The position numbers and the translations under genes were made by a program. From the NCBI RefSeq assembly GCF_963921235.1, contig NC_086097.1, positions 41,418,001 to 41,482,000 on the forward strand: a DNA stretch of 64,000 bases, given 5' to 3'. Position 1 is the stretch's first letter. Every line of letters starts with the position of its first letter. A model generated the notes under the pieces. It worked only from the letters and a program-made list of their open reading frames with translations, was not told where the DNA came from and searched no databases. This stretch comes from Mobula hypostoma. Lineage: Eukaryota. Below are positions 25,541 to 38,632 of the stretch, piece after piece.

Positions 25541-27190
25541 ATGAATTAAGTTGGAAGATAAACTCTGATCTAATTAATACACAATTAGCAACAGCAAAGG
25601 AGCTTCACTGCCCATTTAATGGCTACGTCACTTCACCCTATTGCAGAGGTACCCTTTGTTCCATCCATTTCTCACCTCCACCTTCTCGCTACTAAAACTA
25701 ATTTGTTCTCTCAGTTCTGATAAAGTGTCTTCCACACAAAACATGAACTCTGTGTCACTTTCAACACCTGCTGCCTGACCTGCATTTCCAAAGATTTTCT
25801 GATTTCCAGCATCTGCAGTTTTTTTTGATTTTCGTATTACTGCCTGTCAGCTTGAGGATCCCTATACTACTCCCAGGTCCTGTTTCTTTTGTTCTAATAG
25901 AAATATGTGTATCACTTGATAGGCATCTGGGCAATGTGAGAGGGAATGATCTGAAGGAGCATGAAGCAAGTAGCAGCATCTCAGGAGAGGAGATGTCCAT
26001 GAGAAAGAGACAACCACGTGTTCTGGCAGAAGAGCCATTTCTTGTATTAGGGGACAGGATGCAGAGGAGCTCCCTTGGGACATCAGACATTTGTGGTGTA
26101 CACTAGCAAAACATTTACTGAAAATGTTTTGTCCCTATTGTGAAAAGTCACATATATAACCAGAAAAAAAGTCTATTAAATTTTTCAGAAAGAGAGCTAG
26201 GTTAAATATATTTTGGGCTCTGATTGGACATTTATAAGAAGAATTACAAATTCAGGTGATGCAACATCATTGGGACATATTTGTACTAGCGCTTCTATAA
26301 AATTGTCATCTTTGAAGGACTACATGACAAAATAGAATTACAGATATGTGGAGAGGTTAATATCCTAGATGTTCAGTTCATTGCTTTGGGGATCAGGGTG
26401 TGTTAACATTCCAATCCATTATTTAAGCCTGAAGTAAATGTGGCAGACATGGAGTTTAATCTCAGATTCCGTTCATTCCCCAGAAATCCAGATTCATCTA
26501 TTCTCCAAATAAAGCTGTCATTAGATCATAAGCCCTCAGCGTAATCTCTTGTCTAAAGCCGAGTTACTTTTCATATTTTTTTTCCACCAACAGCAGAACA
26601 TCAGTGTGTAGCCCTTGTATAACTGCAGGGTTTTCTTAAGAACTCTATATACAACCAAGCTGAAGCACAGATCCATTAGCAAAGGGTTGGATTCTAAGGT
26701 TAGTCATGATGTCAGATTTAAAGAAAGAAAGATAAAGATTATTTAGTATTTTGCCTTGCGGATGAACCAAGCTTCTGCCATTACTGCTCAGCTGATCCTC
26801 TCTCTAGAATGGATATTAAATAGCTGCCGACTTTGTGGCAATCAGCTGTTTAGGTTGCCTACCATCTTGAGACATACTCAGCAGTTCAGGCAATTTCTGT
26901 GGTGATAGCATCAGAGTTTAATGTTTCAGGATACTGATCTTTCTTCATCAATCCAATGTGAAATAGTGAGTCCTCAGGGTATATGTGGGAAAATGTGGAG
27001 CAGGGAGGGAAGGGCTTTGGGGTTGGTGAGATCTAAACTTTTCTGGTGGGATCCAGGAGAGCATTCCTGTTCCTTTTGTTTGTATGAGGAAAATTTATGG
27101 GGATACTACAATTATACATCAAAGAAATAAGCCCAGTGTCTACCTTAACCATGCTAACCTATCATTAATAGAGGCACAAGAGACTACAGA

Positions 27191-27603
27191 TGTTACCAGG
27201 TTCGAATTTGGCCCAAGTGCGGAGTGAGAGACTCTGAAACAGGTCGATAGTTCACAAACTTTAATGCGAACAGTGTTAAAGAGAAAATGAAACAATAAAC
27301 ACTAGGCCAAGCAGGTCTGTTAACTAAAACTCTCAAATGGAAAATGAAGCCTACACTGCAGCTGAAAAGAAAATTTAAACATTGAACGAATACCACTAGT
27401 CTTCAGAGTCAGTTGACTCAGAAGTCCAGTTTCTCAGGGAAGGCCGAAATCAAACTGGCAGTGAAGCGTTGCTGTGCTCTGTCCAAGTCTTGACAAGCAC
27501 TACGACGACAAGTATGGAGTTAAATAAGGTCACGATTAAATAATAATTAGCTGACACGTGCATATTCACAAGTGCAATTGCCGTATCTACTGCGGTTGTG
27601 ACA
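27191..27603. mobile_element. Solo LTR (413 bp) inserted in a Penelope pLTR remnant (~27172-27695)
   Basis: Starts TGTTAC and ends GTGACA. Flanked by acaga (27186-27190) and gcaga (27604-27608). Host sequence is collinear across it. Confidence 0.8.
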
Positions 27604-28454
27604 GCAGATCTGGAAGCAACACTCAAAGCCTTGGGTAAACTCAGAACATCAGGCAACATCCATGGAATTAATATTTCAGGCAGAGACCATCATTTTTAGT
27701 AGTTTGGGATTATATTCCCCAGGTTTTAGGAGAATGAGAGGAGAACAAATTGAAACTTAAAAATTTCTTGAAGGGTCTTGCAAGTTAGACGCAGAGATGT
27801 TTTTCCCGGCAAAGGACTCTTGTAGCTGGAGCACAGTTTCAGAATAAGTTTCAGATGGACCGTTTAGGGTAAGCTGACGTAAAATGTCACGTTAGATGTA
27901 GGTGAATCACTGGATTTCTCTACCCAGAGGGTTGTAGAAGCTCAGTCATTGTCTTCATTTAGAATAGAGATTGGTGAATTCTGGATGTTAAAGGAACAAA
28001 GGACATGGGGAAATGGTGCTGAAATTACATATGACTTTAATGAAGGGCAGTAAAGCTTCAAAGAGACCACACTGGATTTATTTCAATGTCTTGTTGCCTG
28101 CTGTTATTGGAAGTTAAATTTAAATTGGTTTATTATTGCTACATATTCCAAAGTACAGTGACAAATTTAAAGTGCCGTCCATAAAGGTCATTTCATTACA
28201 TCAGTGCAATGAGTTAATACAAGAGAAACCGATTACAAAGTGTTACAGTTACAGAGAAAGTGCAGTGCAGGCAGACATTAAGGTGAAAGACCATAGCGAG
28301 GTAGATTGTGAGATCAGGAGTCTATCTACGGGTCTGTTCAATAGTTTTATAACTGTGGTGTGTGATCTCCAGGTTGCGATAGGCAAGTAACCAATGAGTA
28401 GCAATTAACTTTCTCAGGGAAAAAACAAGGATTATTTAAATGGAACCCTGAAAT

Positions 28455-31400
28455 GGGAGGATGAGCAGCCAGGGGTCAAGGTACATATTGGTACCAACAA
28501 CACAGGTAGAAAAAGGGTGGAGGTCCTGAAAGCAAAATACAGGGAGTTTTAGAAGGGAAGCTGAGAAGCAGGACCTTAAAGGTGGTATTCTTGGGATTGC
28601 TGCCTGTGCCATGCAACAGTGAGTATAAGAATAGAGTGAGGTGGAGGTTGAATGCGTGGCTGGAGCAGGGAGGCAGGGATTCAGGTTTTTGGATCCTTGG
28701 GACCTCTTCTAGGGCAGATGTGACCTGTTCAAAAAGTACAGGTTGCACTTGAATCTGAAGGGGACCAATGTCCTGGCGGGGAGGTTTGCTAGTGCTGCTG
28801 GGGAGGGTTTAAACTAGACTTGCAGGGGGTGTGGGAACCGAAGTGAAGAGGCAGAAGATGGGTAGAAATGGGCACAAATAGAAACAGCTTGTAGGGAGTT
28901 TGTGAGGAATGATAGGCAGATGTTAGAGCAAAGTTGTACCCTGCAACATTTTGGCCATTACAGAGACTTGAATGTCTCAGGAGCAGAAATGGCTGCCGAG
29001 TGTGCCAGGCTTTAGGTATTTCAAAAAGAACAGAGATCGAGACAGAAGAGGTGGGAGTGTGGCATTGCTAATTAGGGATAGTGTATTGGCTGCAGAAAAG
29101 GAGGAAGTCATGGAGGGATGGTCTACTGAGTCAGTGTGGGTGGAAGTCAGAAACAAGAAAGGGGCAATAACTCTGCTGGGTGTTTTTATACACCCTCCCA
29201 ATAGTAACAGGGATATCAAGGAGAAGATAGGGAGGCAGATTCTGAAACGCTGCGATAATAATAGGATTGTTATGATGGGAGATTTTAACTTTCCTGATGT
29301 TCATCGGCATCTCCTCAGTGCAAGGTGTTTAGATGGGCTGGAGTTTGTTAGGTGTGTTCAGGGAAGTTTCTGAAACAATATCTAGATAGGCCAACTCAAG
29401 GAGTGGCTGTACTTGACCTGGTATTGGGAAATGAACCTGTCAAGTGTCAGATCTCTCAGTGGGAGAGCATTTTGGAAGTAGTGACCACAACTCTTACCTC
29501 CTTCACCAAAGTGCTGGAGAGGGATAGGAGCAGACAATTTGGGAAAAGATTTAATTGGGGTAGGGGAAAATGTGATGCTATGAGACTAGAACTTGAGAGC
29601 ATAAATTGGGTGCAGATGTTCTCAGGGAAGTGCACGGCAGAAATATGGCAAATGTTCAGGGAACATTTGCGTGGAGTTCTGCATAGGTATGTTCCATTGA
29701 GGCAGGGAAAGGATGCTAGGGTTAAAGAATCATGGTGCACAAAGTATGTAGAAAATCTAGTTAAGAAGAAAAGAAAAGCTTACGAAAGGTTGCAGAAACT
29801 AGGTGCTGTTAGAGCTCTAGAAAATTACAAGGTTGCTAGGAAGAAGCTTAAGAATGGAATTAGGAGAGCCAGAAGGGGCCATGAGAAGGCCTTGGTGAGC
29901 AGGATTAAGGAAAACCTCAAAGCATTCCACAAGTATGTGAAGAGCAAGAGGATGAGCCATGTGAGAATGGGACCAACCAGGTGTGATAGTGGAAACGTGT
30001 GCATGGTGTCGCAGGAGGTAGCAGAGACTTAATGAATACTTTGCTTCAGTATTCACCAGGGAAAAAGACCTTGGCAATTGTGGGAGTGACTTACAGCAGA
30101 TTGAAATGCTTGAGCATATAGACATTAAGAAAGAGGAAGCGCTGGAGCTTTTGAAAAGCATTAAGTTAGATAAGTCACTGAGACTAGATGAGATGTACCC
30201 CAGGCTATTGTGGGAAGCGAAGGAGATTGCTGAGCCTCTTGCAATGATCTTTGCTGCGTCATCAATAGGGACGGGAGAAGTACTATAGGGTTGCAAGTGT
30301 TGTTCCCTTGTTCGAGAAAGGAAGCAGAGATAATCCAGGAAATTATAGACCAGTGAGTCTTACTTCAGTGATGGGCAAGTTGTTGGAGAAGATCCTGAGA
30401 GGTAGGATTTATGAACGTTTGGAGAGACATAATCTGATAAGGACTCGTCAGCATGGCTTTGTCAAGGGCAAGTCATGCCTTATGAGCCTGATTGAATTCC
30501 TTGAGGATGTACCAAAACACATTGATGTAGGCAGAGCAGTGGATGTAGTGTACGTGGATTTCAGTAAGGCATTTGATAAAGTTCCCTATGCAAAACTCCT
30601 TCAGAAAGTAAGGAAGCATGGGATCCAAAAAGACCTTGCTTTGTGGATCCAGAATTGGCTTGCCAACGGAAGGCAAAGGGTGGTTGTAAATGGTTCATAT
30701 TCTACATGGAGGTCAGTGACCAGTGGTGTTCTTCAGGGATCTGTAGCCCCTCCTCTTTGTGATTTTTATAAATGACCTGGATGAAGAAGTAGAAGGGTAG
30801 GTTCATAAGTTTGCTGATGGCACAAAGGTTGGGGGTGTTGTGGGTAGTCTGGAGGGTTGTCAGAGGTTACAGCACGACATCGATAGGATGCAGAACTGGT
30901 CTGAGAAGTGGCAGATGGACTTTAACCCAGATAAATGTGAAGTGGTTCATTTTGGTAGATCCAATTTGAAGACAGAATATAAAATAAATGATAAGACTCT
31001 TGGCAGTGTGGAGGATCTGAGAGATCTTGGGGTCCGTATCGATAGGACACTCAAAGCTGCTGCATAGGTTGACCATGTTGTTAAGAAGGCATATGGTATG
31101 TTCGCATTCATCAACCATAGGATTGAGTTCAAGAGCCATGAGGTATTGTTACAGCTATATAAGACCTTGGTCAGACCCCACTTGGACTGCTGTGTTCAAT
31201 TCTGGTCACCTCACTACAGGAAGGATGTGGATACTATAGAGAAAGTGCAGAGGAGATTTAGAAAGATGTTGCCTAGATTGGAGGGCATACTTTATGAGAA
31301 TAGGTTGAGTGTACTTGGCCTTTTCTCCTTGGGAGCGACGAAGGATGAGAGGTGACCTGATAGAGGTGTATAAGATGATGAGGTGCATTGATTGTGTGGA

Positions 31401-31732
31401 TAGTCAGAGGCTTTTTTCCAGGACTGAAGTGGCTACCACGAGGGGGCATAGTTTTGAGGAACTTGGAAATAGGTACCAAGGGGATATCGGGGGTAAGTTT
31501 TTCACAAGAGAGTGGTGGTTGCGTGGAATGCACTACGAGTGATGGTGGTGGAAGCAGATACAATAGGTTATTTTAAGAGACTCTTAGATAGGTACATGGA
31601 GCTTCAAAAAAAGGAAGGCATGTAGATAACAGGGAAATTCTAGGCAGTTTCTAGAGTAGATTATATGGTTGGTACAATACTGTGGGCCAAAGGGCCTGTA
31701 ATGTGCTGTAGATTTCTATGTTTCTATGTTTA
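28455..31732 (+). mobile_element. CR1 LINE, truncated within ORF1, with degenerate near-complete ORF2
   Basis: Esterase remnant HIGTN, APE GGSVALLI...MGDFNFPD, RT PGNYRPVSLTS, VYVDFSKAFDKV, VRPHLDCCVQFWSP, and tail tttctatgtttctatgttt. Confidence 0.95.
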
Positions 31733-32348
31733 TTGCACAAAATAAGATGGATTTAAGAGGTCTGGCATGTTGAATTAATCTTGATGCAGCATGCTAAAAT
31801 TTGTCAGTTTTTACCATATATATAATTTTTTAAATATTTACTGTATTTTCAAAAGTAAAAACAAAGTTTCTTTAATTCATGAAGGCAGTGTTGATCTGTG
31901 CAGAAGTTCCTCCAATATTTACTCAAGTAATTTCTCAAATGATTTTATCGGTTTGAAATACTTTGGTGAATGCTGAGTGCTTGGAGCTAAAACAGATAAA
32001 TATAAGTATGTCACTGTGTTTGATGGAAATCATGTCCTATTATCCAAGCTTGATTGAATTTTTATTCTCAACCAAAGTTAATCGATTTATATGCAATTCT
32101 TCTATCTGCTGCTTTAACAGAGATAGGGACAACTGAAATTTTCTCAGAATGTCTCGGGTATCTTCACAGCCAAAGAATTACTGCTGTAATGTATGAAAAA
32201 GTAGCAGCCAAATTCTGCATAGGAAAATCTCATAACAATCAATGCGAAAAGCATTCTAGATGATCTATGCTAACCACTGAGATAAATGTTGGCCAGGGCA
32301 CACAGGGAGCTCCTACACTTTCCTCAGAAGAGTGGCATGGGAACTGTT

Positions 32349-33296
32349 ATAGTCATAATCATAGTCATACTTTATTGATCCCAGGGGAAATTGGTTTTTG
32401 TTACAGTTGCACCATAAATAATTAAATAGTAATAAAACCATAAATAATTAAATAGTAATATGTAAATTATGCCAGGAAATAAGTCCAGGACCAGCCTATT
32501 GGCTCAGGGTGTCTGACCCTCCAAGGGAGAAGTTGTAAAGTTTGATAGATACAGGCAGGAATGACTTCCTATGACTCTCCGTGTTGCATCTCGGTGGAAT
32601 GAGCCTCTGGCTGAATGTACTCCTGTGCCCAACCAGGACATTATGTAGCGGATGGGAGACATTGTCCAAGATGGCATGCAACTTGGACAGCATCTTCTTT
32701 TCAGACACCACTGTCAGAGAGTCCAGTTCTACCCCCACAACATAACTGGCCTTACGAATGAGTTTGTGGATTCTGTTGGTGTCTGCTACCCTCAGCCTGC
32801 TGCCCCAGCACACAACAGCAAACATGATAGCACTGGCCATCACAGACTCATAGAACATCCTTAGCATCTTCCGACAGATGTTAAAGGACCTCAGTCTCCT
32901 CAGGAAATAGAGACGGCTCTGACCCTTCTTGTAGACAGCCTCAGTTTTCTTTGACCAGTCCAGTTTATTGTCAATTTGTATCCCCAGGTATTTGTAATCC
33001 TTCACCATGTCCACACTGACCCCTTGGATGGAAACAGAGGTCACCGGTGCCTTGGCTCTCCTCAGGTCTACCACCAGCTCCTTAGTCTTTTTCACATTAA
33101 GCTGCAGATAATTCTGCTCACACCATGTGACAAAGTTTCCCACCATAGCCCTGTACTCACACTCATCTCCCTTGCTGATGCATCCAACTATGGCAGAGTC
33201 ATCCGAAAACTTCTGGAGATGACAAGGCTCTGTGGAGTAGTTGAAGTCCGAGGTGTAAATGGTGAAGAGAAAGGGAGACAAGACAAGTCCCCTGTG
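32349..33296 (-). mobile_element. Rex1/Babar LINE, 5'-truncated, with an open 261-aa C-terminal frame
   Basis: LSPFLFTIYTSDF, QKFSDDSAIVG, NVKKTKELVVD, YKYLG, QSRLYFLRRLRSF, and an (atgact)-like tail. Confidence 0.92.
32411..32460 (+). repeat. 26-bp tandem duplication in the Rex1 3' UTR
   Basis: accataaataattaaatagtaata occurs twice with a 26-bp period. Confidence 0.9.
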
Positions 33297-34155
33297 GAGA
33301 CTGAGAACTTACATTTGTATATCCAAATTGCTGGATAGGGTCTTGATTTTAGATTTCTTCTGAAAGGCAGCACATCAAACAACTTAATACTCCATCTGTG
33401 CTGGTGTCAGCTAGGGTATGCAATTCAGGCCATAGAATGGTACTTAAACCCACAACTATCTGGCTCAAAGGTGACACTGAGCTAAGGCAGGCCTCCTCAT
33501 GACAATGAAAGTCCACTGACATATCACATAGTGCTGTCTCGTGTATGAGTTCGTTACTTGCACTGGATTACATGAGGCAGAAGCATGTGCTCATGAACCT
33601 GTTCTAGGAAATAACCAGTGAACCAGGTAAGTACATTAGAAGACAGTATCAAAATCAAGGTGGGGATTTAATTTAACAATAAAAATATTTATATTCTAAT
33701 ATACAAATTAATCTAATCCATATGAATATAGAGTAAGGAGTTTGTTAATGTGATTCAATATACTGTATCTGGTATTATTATATTTTTTCTTTTGTTTTAT
33801 AATATGTATTCTCTTGAACTCTGTATTCTTCTATATAGAAATCAATAAAAAATATTGGAAAAAGAATTTCTTTTCTACACTCTAAAACTGTTAAACAATA
33901 AAAAGCAACTACATACCTCACAGACATTGCTTGTCAGTGTTGGATTATTAGGGTATAAGATTGAGGAATAACACAGTGTACAGGACAAGTTTCCTTCCCT
34001 TCTTGTATCATCTCTTGCTTTGAAGATGTCAACCTGCCAGATGCAGTTCCACGGGCTTTAGGAGCTCTCCTGCTCCTTTTGAGGAGTTGTGAGGACTGAG
34101 TTTCTCCAGAGGTGATCATTATTGGGGACACCCGAGGACAACTAGGTATTATTAT

Positions 34156-34427
34156 GGGGTGCCATGGTGGAGTAGCAGTTACCGCCATGCTATTACAGCT
34201 CTGGGTGTCAGAGTTAAGAGTTCAATTCCAGCACTGTCTGTAAGGAGTTTGTAAATGTGGGGTTTTTCTCCGGGTGCTCTGCTTTCCTCCCACATTCCAA
34301 AAACATATAATTTAATAGGTTAATTAGTCATTGTAAATTGTCCTGTGATTCGGCTCGGGCTAAATTGGTGGATTACTGGGCAGTGCAGCTCATCGGGCCA
34401 AAAAGGCTCTGTATCTCTAAATAAATA
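34156..34427 (+). mobile_element. V-SINE (HE1-like)
   Basis: gagttcaattcc B-box, ccgggtgctctgctttcctcccacattccaaa V-domain and a taaa tail. Confidence 0.8.
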
Positions 34428-35054
34428 CTATAAGTATGTCTTGGGTCTTGGCTGGGATTTTCAGCGGTAGGCTTATGGCAGATCTGGTCAGCAGCACACT
34501 ATGTCCATTGTAATGCATGGCTATATCCATTCAGTACACTCATTTAAATGTCCTATAATTTCTAGATCAGCAAGTCTGTTCAGGCAAAGTTAGCAGAAAA
34601 AAAGCATGGCAGATGGAATGCAATGTAGATAAATGTGAGATTATCAGTTTTATTAGGAAAGATAATGCAGAGATATTATTTGGTGTTGTTGAGATGGACA
34701 AAGGTCCTAGTGCCCTTGTACCAGAAACACTCAACATTGGCATGCAGGTATTGTGAGTAATTACACAGGAAGGCTGTTACCTCTGCAGCTTCCACCCCCC
34801 ACTCCAAACCACAACCACTGTTGAACAAGCAGAGGATGAATCTTTGTGTGCATTCGACATGCAAGACTATATCTGTGCATGGTTGACACAGTTCCATTGA
34901 TGTTGATGACCAATGCATATTGTTGCATTTGATGCCTTGGGCTTAGTGCACAATGGAATTTGCAACAGTGGGCTTGCGCAAAGTATGTTAGCCAGTTACA
35001 GATGGCTCTTATTGCTCCTTTTCTAACATCAAAACAAATTCTATACCTGTTACA

Positions 35055-35708
35055 TGTAACACCCTGGGAAAAGTTTCATTGCTGGGAAAGGTTTCACTGC
35101 TAATGTAAAGGTCTTTCTGTAGAAGCAGTGTTTGGATTATGGTTAGTGATAACAGGTGCTTTGGATGTTAGCCATCCAATGAATGGAACTTGTTTTCGTG
35201 CTGTGGGTCTTTTGTTCAGTGGGAGATGGAGAGAGAAGACACTGGAAAAGAGTGGACTTGGAGTGGGGCCGGGAGTCGATGAAGCCTGGGGAAATCGATG
35301 GAGGATTGGCAAAAGGAAACCGTGAGCTCCAACTTGTGCACATTAGACTGTTTCATTAAAATGAGACCTTTTCTTTTTGTTTCCCTTTACTAACCCTTTA
35401 GTCAAATTAAGAATTATAAAGCTAAATCGTTTAATTGTGTATTTAAGTCTGTGCTAAACTATTGTCCAGTAAGGTGATTACAATATATGCATATGGATAC
35501 TGCTGGGGTTGAGCAGTGGTGTGAATCCACGGGGTTACTGGTAACGAATGCATGCATGTTGAGTGGGGTAGATATTCGTACACCTAATGAATTGTTAATT
35601 CGACTTTTAAATACTGTCAAAGCTGTAGGGAAAGTTACAATTGTGGGGTGGAGGTTTGATAAAATGACAGGCACAGGCTTTGTCTTAGTTCAGACTAACA
35701 CTGACTAG
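35055..35708 (+). mobile_element. Deleted Gypsy-type LTR retrotransposon: LTR part plus Gag N-terminus
   Basis: TGTAACA start shared with 13532, followed by a PNMA-like ORF. Confidence 0.7.
35493..35708 (+). pseudogene. PNMA-like Gag N-terminal domain fragment
   Basis: MDTAGVEQWCESTGLLVTNACMLSGV...VGKVTIVGWRFDKMTGTGFVLVQ follows the PNMA N-terminal pattern (WC..., hydrophobic strand + G, G..F, then hydrophobic strand). Confidence 0.65.
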
Positions 35709-36334
35709 CAGCCCTCTGCGTAGTCTGTCCCCTTAGGGGGTCCGCCAGTTGTTATCAGCGGGTGTGGCCCCCCTCCCATATGATAGAATTGAAGGAGGCT
35801 TGCAGACAATATTGCTTTTGTCACTTAGCACATCAAACGTGGTCACAGGTATAGTGATTAATCAACAGTTGTGTTAATTGTCTACTCAGAGCGTCAGCCC
35901 TCACAGCATTAATTGTAGGTGTCTGGAATCTCTGTACACAGAATCTTTCAAACCATCTGTGTGAATTACCTTGTCTCAGCAAATGTATCTGAAAAATATC
36001 GCATGCAGATAATGCAGGTACATGCAGTAGCAAAAGAGTATAAATGTTCAAAAGCATTGGGGTTTGCTAGAAATGTCAAGAAAATGAAAGAAATATTGGG
36101 TGACTGAAATAAGAACTAAAATTCATTCTTCAACATTCAGTTTCTGCAACGGATGACTAATTTGTCAGCAACTCATTGGTATCTTGTTTTAGTTCATAAA
36201 AATTGTACCTGTGTTTGAAAATCCTTTGTAGTTAATGAGTCCTTTGTAATCTAAAAATCTTTTATAAATTAGAAATCTTCTGAGGTGAGGTAGGTGCACT
36301 TTTTCTACAGTTCTATATCTGCCAATTCGCCTCC

Positions 36335-37000
36335 TCCTAAACAGTCCTTCCAAGTGAGGCAACACTTCACCTGGGAATCTGTTGGGGTGGTCTACTGTAT
36401 CTGGTGCTCCCATTGTAGCCTCCTGTACACAGGTGAGACCCAACGTAGATTGGGGGGGGGGACCTCTTTATTGAGTAATTTCACTCCATCTGCAACAAGC
36501 AGGATTTCCGGCTGGCCATCCATCTTAACTCCAAACCCCACTCCCATTCTGACATGCCAGTTCATGGCCTCCTCTACTGTCATGATAAGGCCACTCTCAG
36601 ATTGGATGAGCAACACCTCATATCCTGTCTTGGTAGCCTCCAAACTGAGGGCATGACCATCAACTTTTCTGACTTCTTATGCTTTGCCTCCCCCTTCCCA
36701 ATTCTTCCATTCCACACTCTGGCTCCCCTCTTCCCTCTTCTGCTTACCTGCCTATCACCTCCCCTTGATGTCCCTCCTTCTACCGTTTCTCCCATGGGCT
36801 ACTCTGCTCTTCTATCTTCCTCCTCCTTCTGCCCTTTACCTTATCCACCTAAAACCTCCCACCTTTTCACTTCATCCTCCCCCTCCTCCACCCACCTGTC
36901 TTCACCTATCACCTTCTAGCTCATAGACTTTACTCTCCCTCCACCTTACTGTGGCTTCTTTCCACTTCCTTTCCAGCTCTGAGAAAGGGCTTTGAAAAGT
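36335..37000 (+). mobile_element. Penelope 3' fragment (GIY-YIG)
   Basis: PKQSFQVRQHFTWESVGVVYCIWCSHCSLLYTGETQRRLG. Confidence 0.9.
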
Positions 37001-37197
37001 TGTTTGTTTGCTTTGGGACATCCTGGATGTGAATTTTGATACAGATATGCCATGCTCAACAATATGGAGTATCCATAGATTATGAAAGAACTCCAGTGGG
37101 TATAATAATACACTTACTATTCTTCAGAACTCTACTGTTCAATGATTTGGTTTTTGGACCAGTATTTCGAAGAGATTCAACGAGTATTACTATTTCG

Positions 37198-37465
37198 AGA
37201 CACAAGGTTAGCTCATCGCTTTACGGTACAGGTGGCCCAGGTTCAATTTATTCTGATGTCTGTAAGGCAGCTGTATGTTCTCCCCATGACTGCATGGTTT
37301 CCTATGGGTGTTTCAGTTTCGTCCCACAGTCCAAAGACATACTGGTTGGGAGGTTAATTGATCATTGTCGACTGTGCTATGATTAGGCTACGAAGAGAGC
37401 AGGGATTGCTGAGCATTGTGGCACAAAGGTCTGGAAGGACCTATTCTGTGCTGTATCTCAATAAT
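37198..37465 (+). mobile_element. V-SINE (HE1-like)
   Basis: tgtatgttctccccatgactgcatggtttcc...cccacagtccaaagacat. Confidence 0.78.
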
Positions 37466-38447
37466 TCATAATTACATTATAGAGTTAAATTAAGCTTAAA
37501 ATTTGAACTTTTATTCCACATATTTGGAAAGATTTTGCAGGTATTGTTTGCATAGACCTCCCGGAGATCAATATCCACTCTCTTTTATGTGCTCTATTGC
37601 AAAACATAAATTAGCCAGAGTGCACAAGTTATTTCACTTGTACTTGGAATGACTATGAATTTCTTACAAGTGGACTGTTTCATGGACGAAGGACCCAGTT
37701 ATCCATAAGTAAAAAGGTACTATAAGGTTGTCTGCTTATTAAACATTAAGGATGTTTCAATAATTTAATTTCAGGTGAATCATTATTTTAAAATAAGGTA
37801 CAGTAAGATATTGTAATTTCAATATCTGAATCTCTATAAAGTGTCAGTAGTTTATCCATGAACTCATAAGGGTATTCATTTATACTATACAAACTGTGAT
37901 TGATAATCTACATCCTCTTAGTAAGCTGCTTTCAATCTTCGTTTTCATTGAAAGCTCTTTATGTAATATTCAATAATGCTCTGCATTCATATATGTATAT
38001 TAATGTGTAGTGACTGATCTGTCTTTTCAGGCTGGTATTCTCTTCCACTTTACTTCACTGGCAAGAAAATACCATTAGAATCTATGCTTTATTCTCACTC
38101 TGCACCCACGATCCCCCAATGGAATATATTGAAGTGAAACAGCATAACACAGCATATAGTTCTCCAACAACGACAATCTGCACTTTAATGATATGTCCTG
38201 AGGCATTTCACAAGCACGTTAACAAACAAGGAGATATTAAGACAACTGATCAAAGAGGTTTATATTAGTAATATTAATCGTAATATTTGCTGAATCTCTT
38301 CAAAAGGAGCCTTTGAGAAATGTGAAAGGGAAAGAGTTGGAACATGGAAAAAGATTACCGTAAAAATTTCAGAGCTTAGGCAGTTTAAGGTAAAACTTAG
38401 GTGCTTGTTTAGAGTGCACATGAAAAATCAAAACTAATGAATGTGAA

Positions 38448-38632
38448 TGCAAAAGAAATACTGGAGGAACTCAGCAAGTCAGACAGCATCTATGGAGGGG
38501 ATGTTTCATCAGGACTCTTGGCCCAAAATGTTAACTGTTTATTGCCCTCCTTAGATGCTGCCTGATTTGCTGAATTCCTCCAGCAACTACTATGTTGCTC
38601 AAGATTTACAGCATCTGCAGAATCGTTTGTGT
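38448..38632. mobile_element. Penelope pLTR fold-back mini-element with a 13-bp target site duplication
   Basis: Inverted arms ctggaggaactcagcaagtcagacagcatcta and tagatgctgcctgatttgctgaattcctccag. Flanks taatgaatgtgaa at 38435-38447 and 38633-38645. Confidence 0.85.

Larger units (their letters stand above)
32145..33490 (-). mobile_element. DeuSINE-like element (SacSINE1/AmnSINE type) split by a Rex1 insertion
   Basis: gataaatgttggccaggg...ggcatgggaa on the left. gaaaggcagcac...acttaaacccacaactatctggctcaaagg (tRNA-head remnant) on the right. Confidence 0.6.

Noticed and set aside
32496..33281. Open 261-aa Rex1 frame as a domesticated gene
   Set aside because: It is 5'-truncated mid-RT with the LINE tail attached; an open frame is expected for a young copy.
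36215..36285. Loose ~20-bp periodic AT-rich repeats
   Set aside because: Too degenerate to distinguish from low-complexity background.
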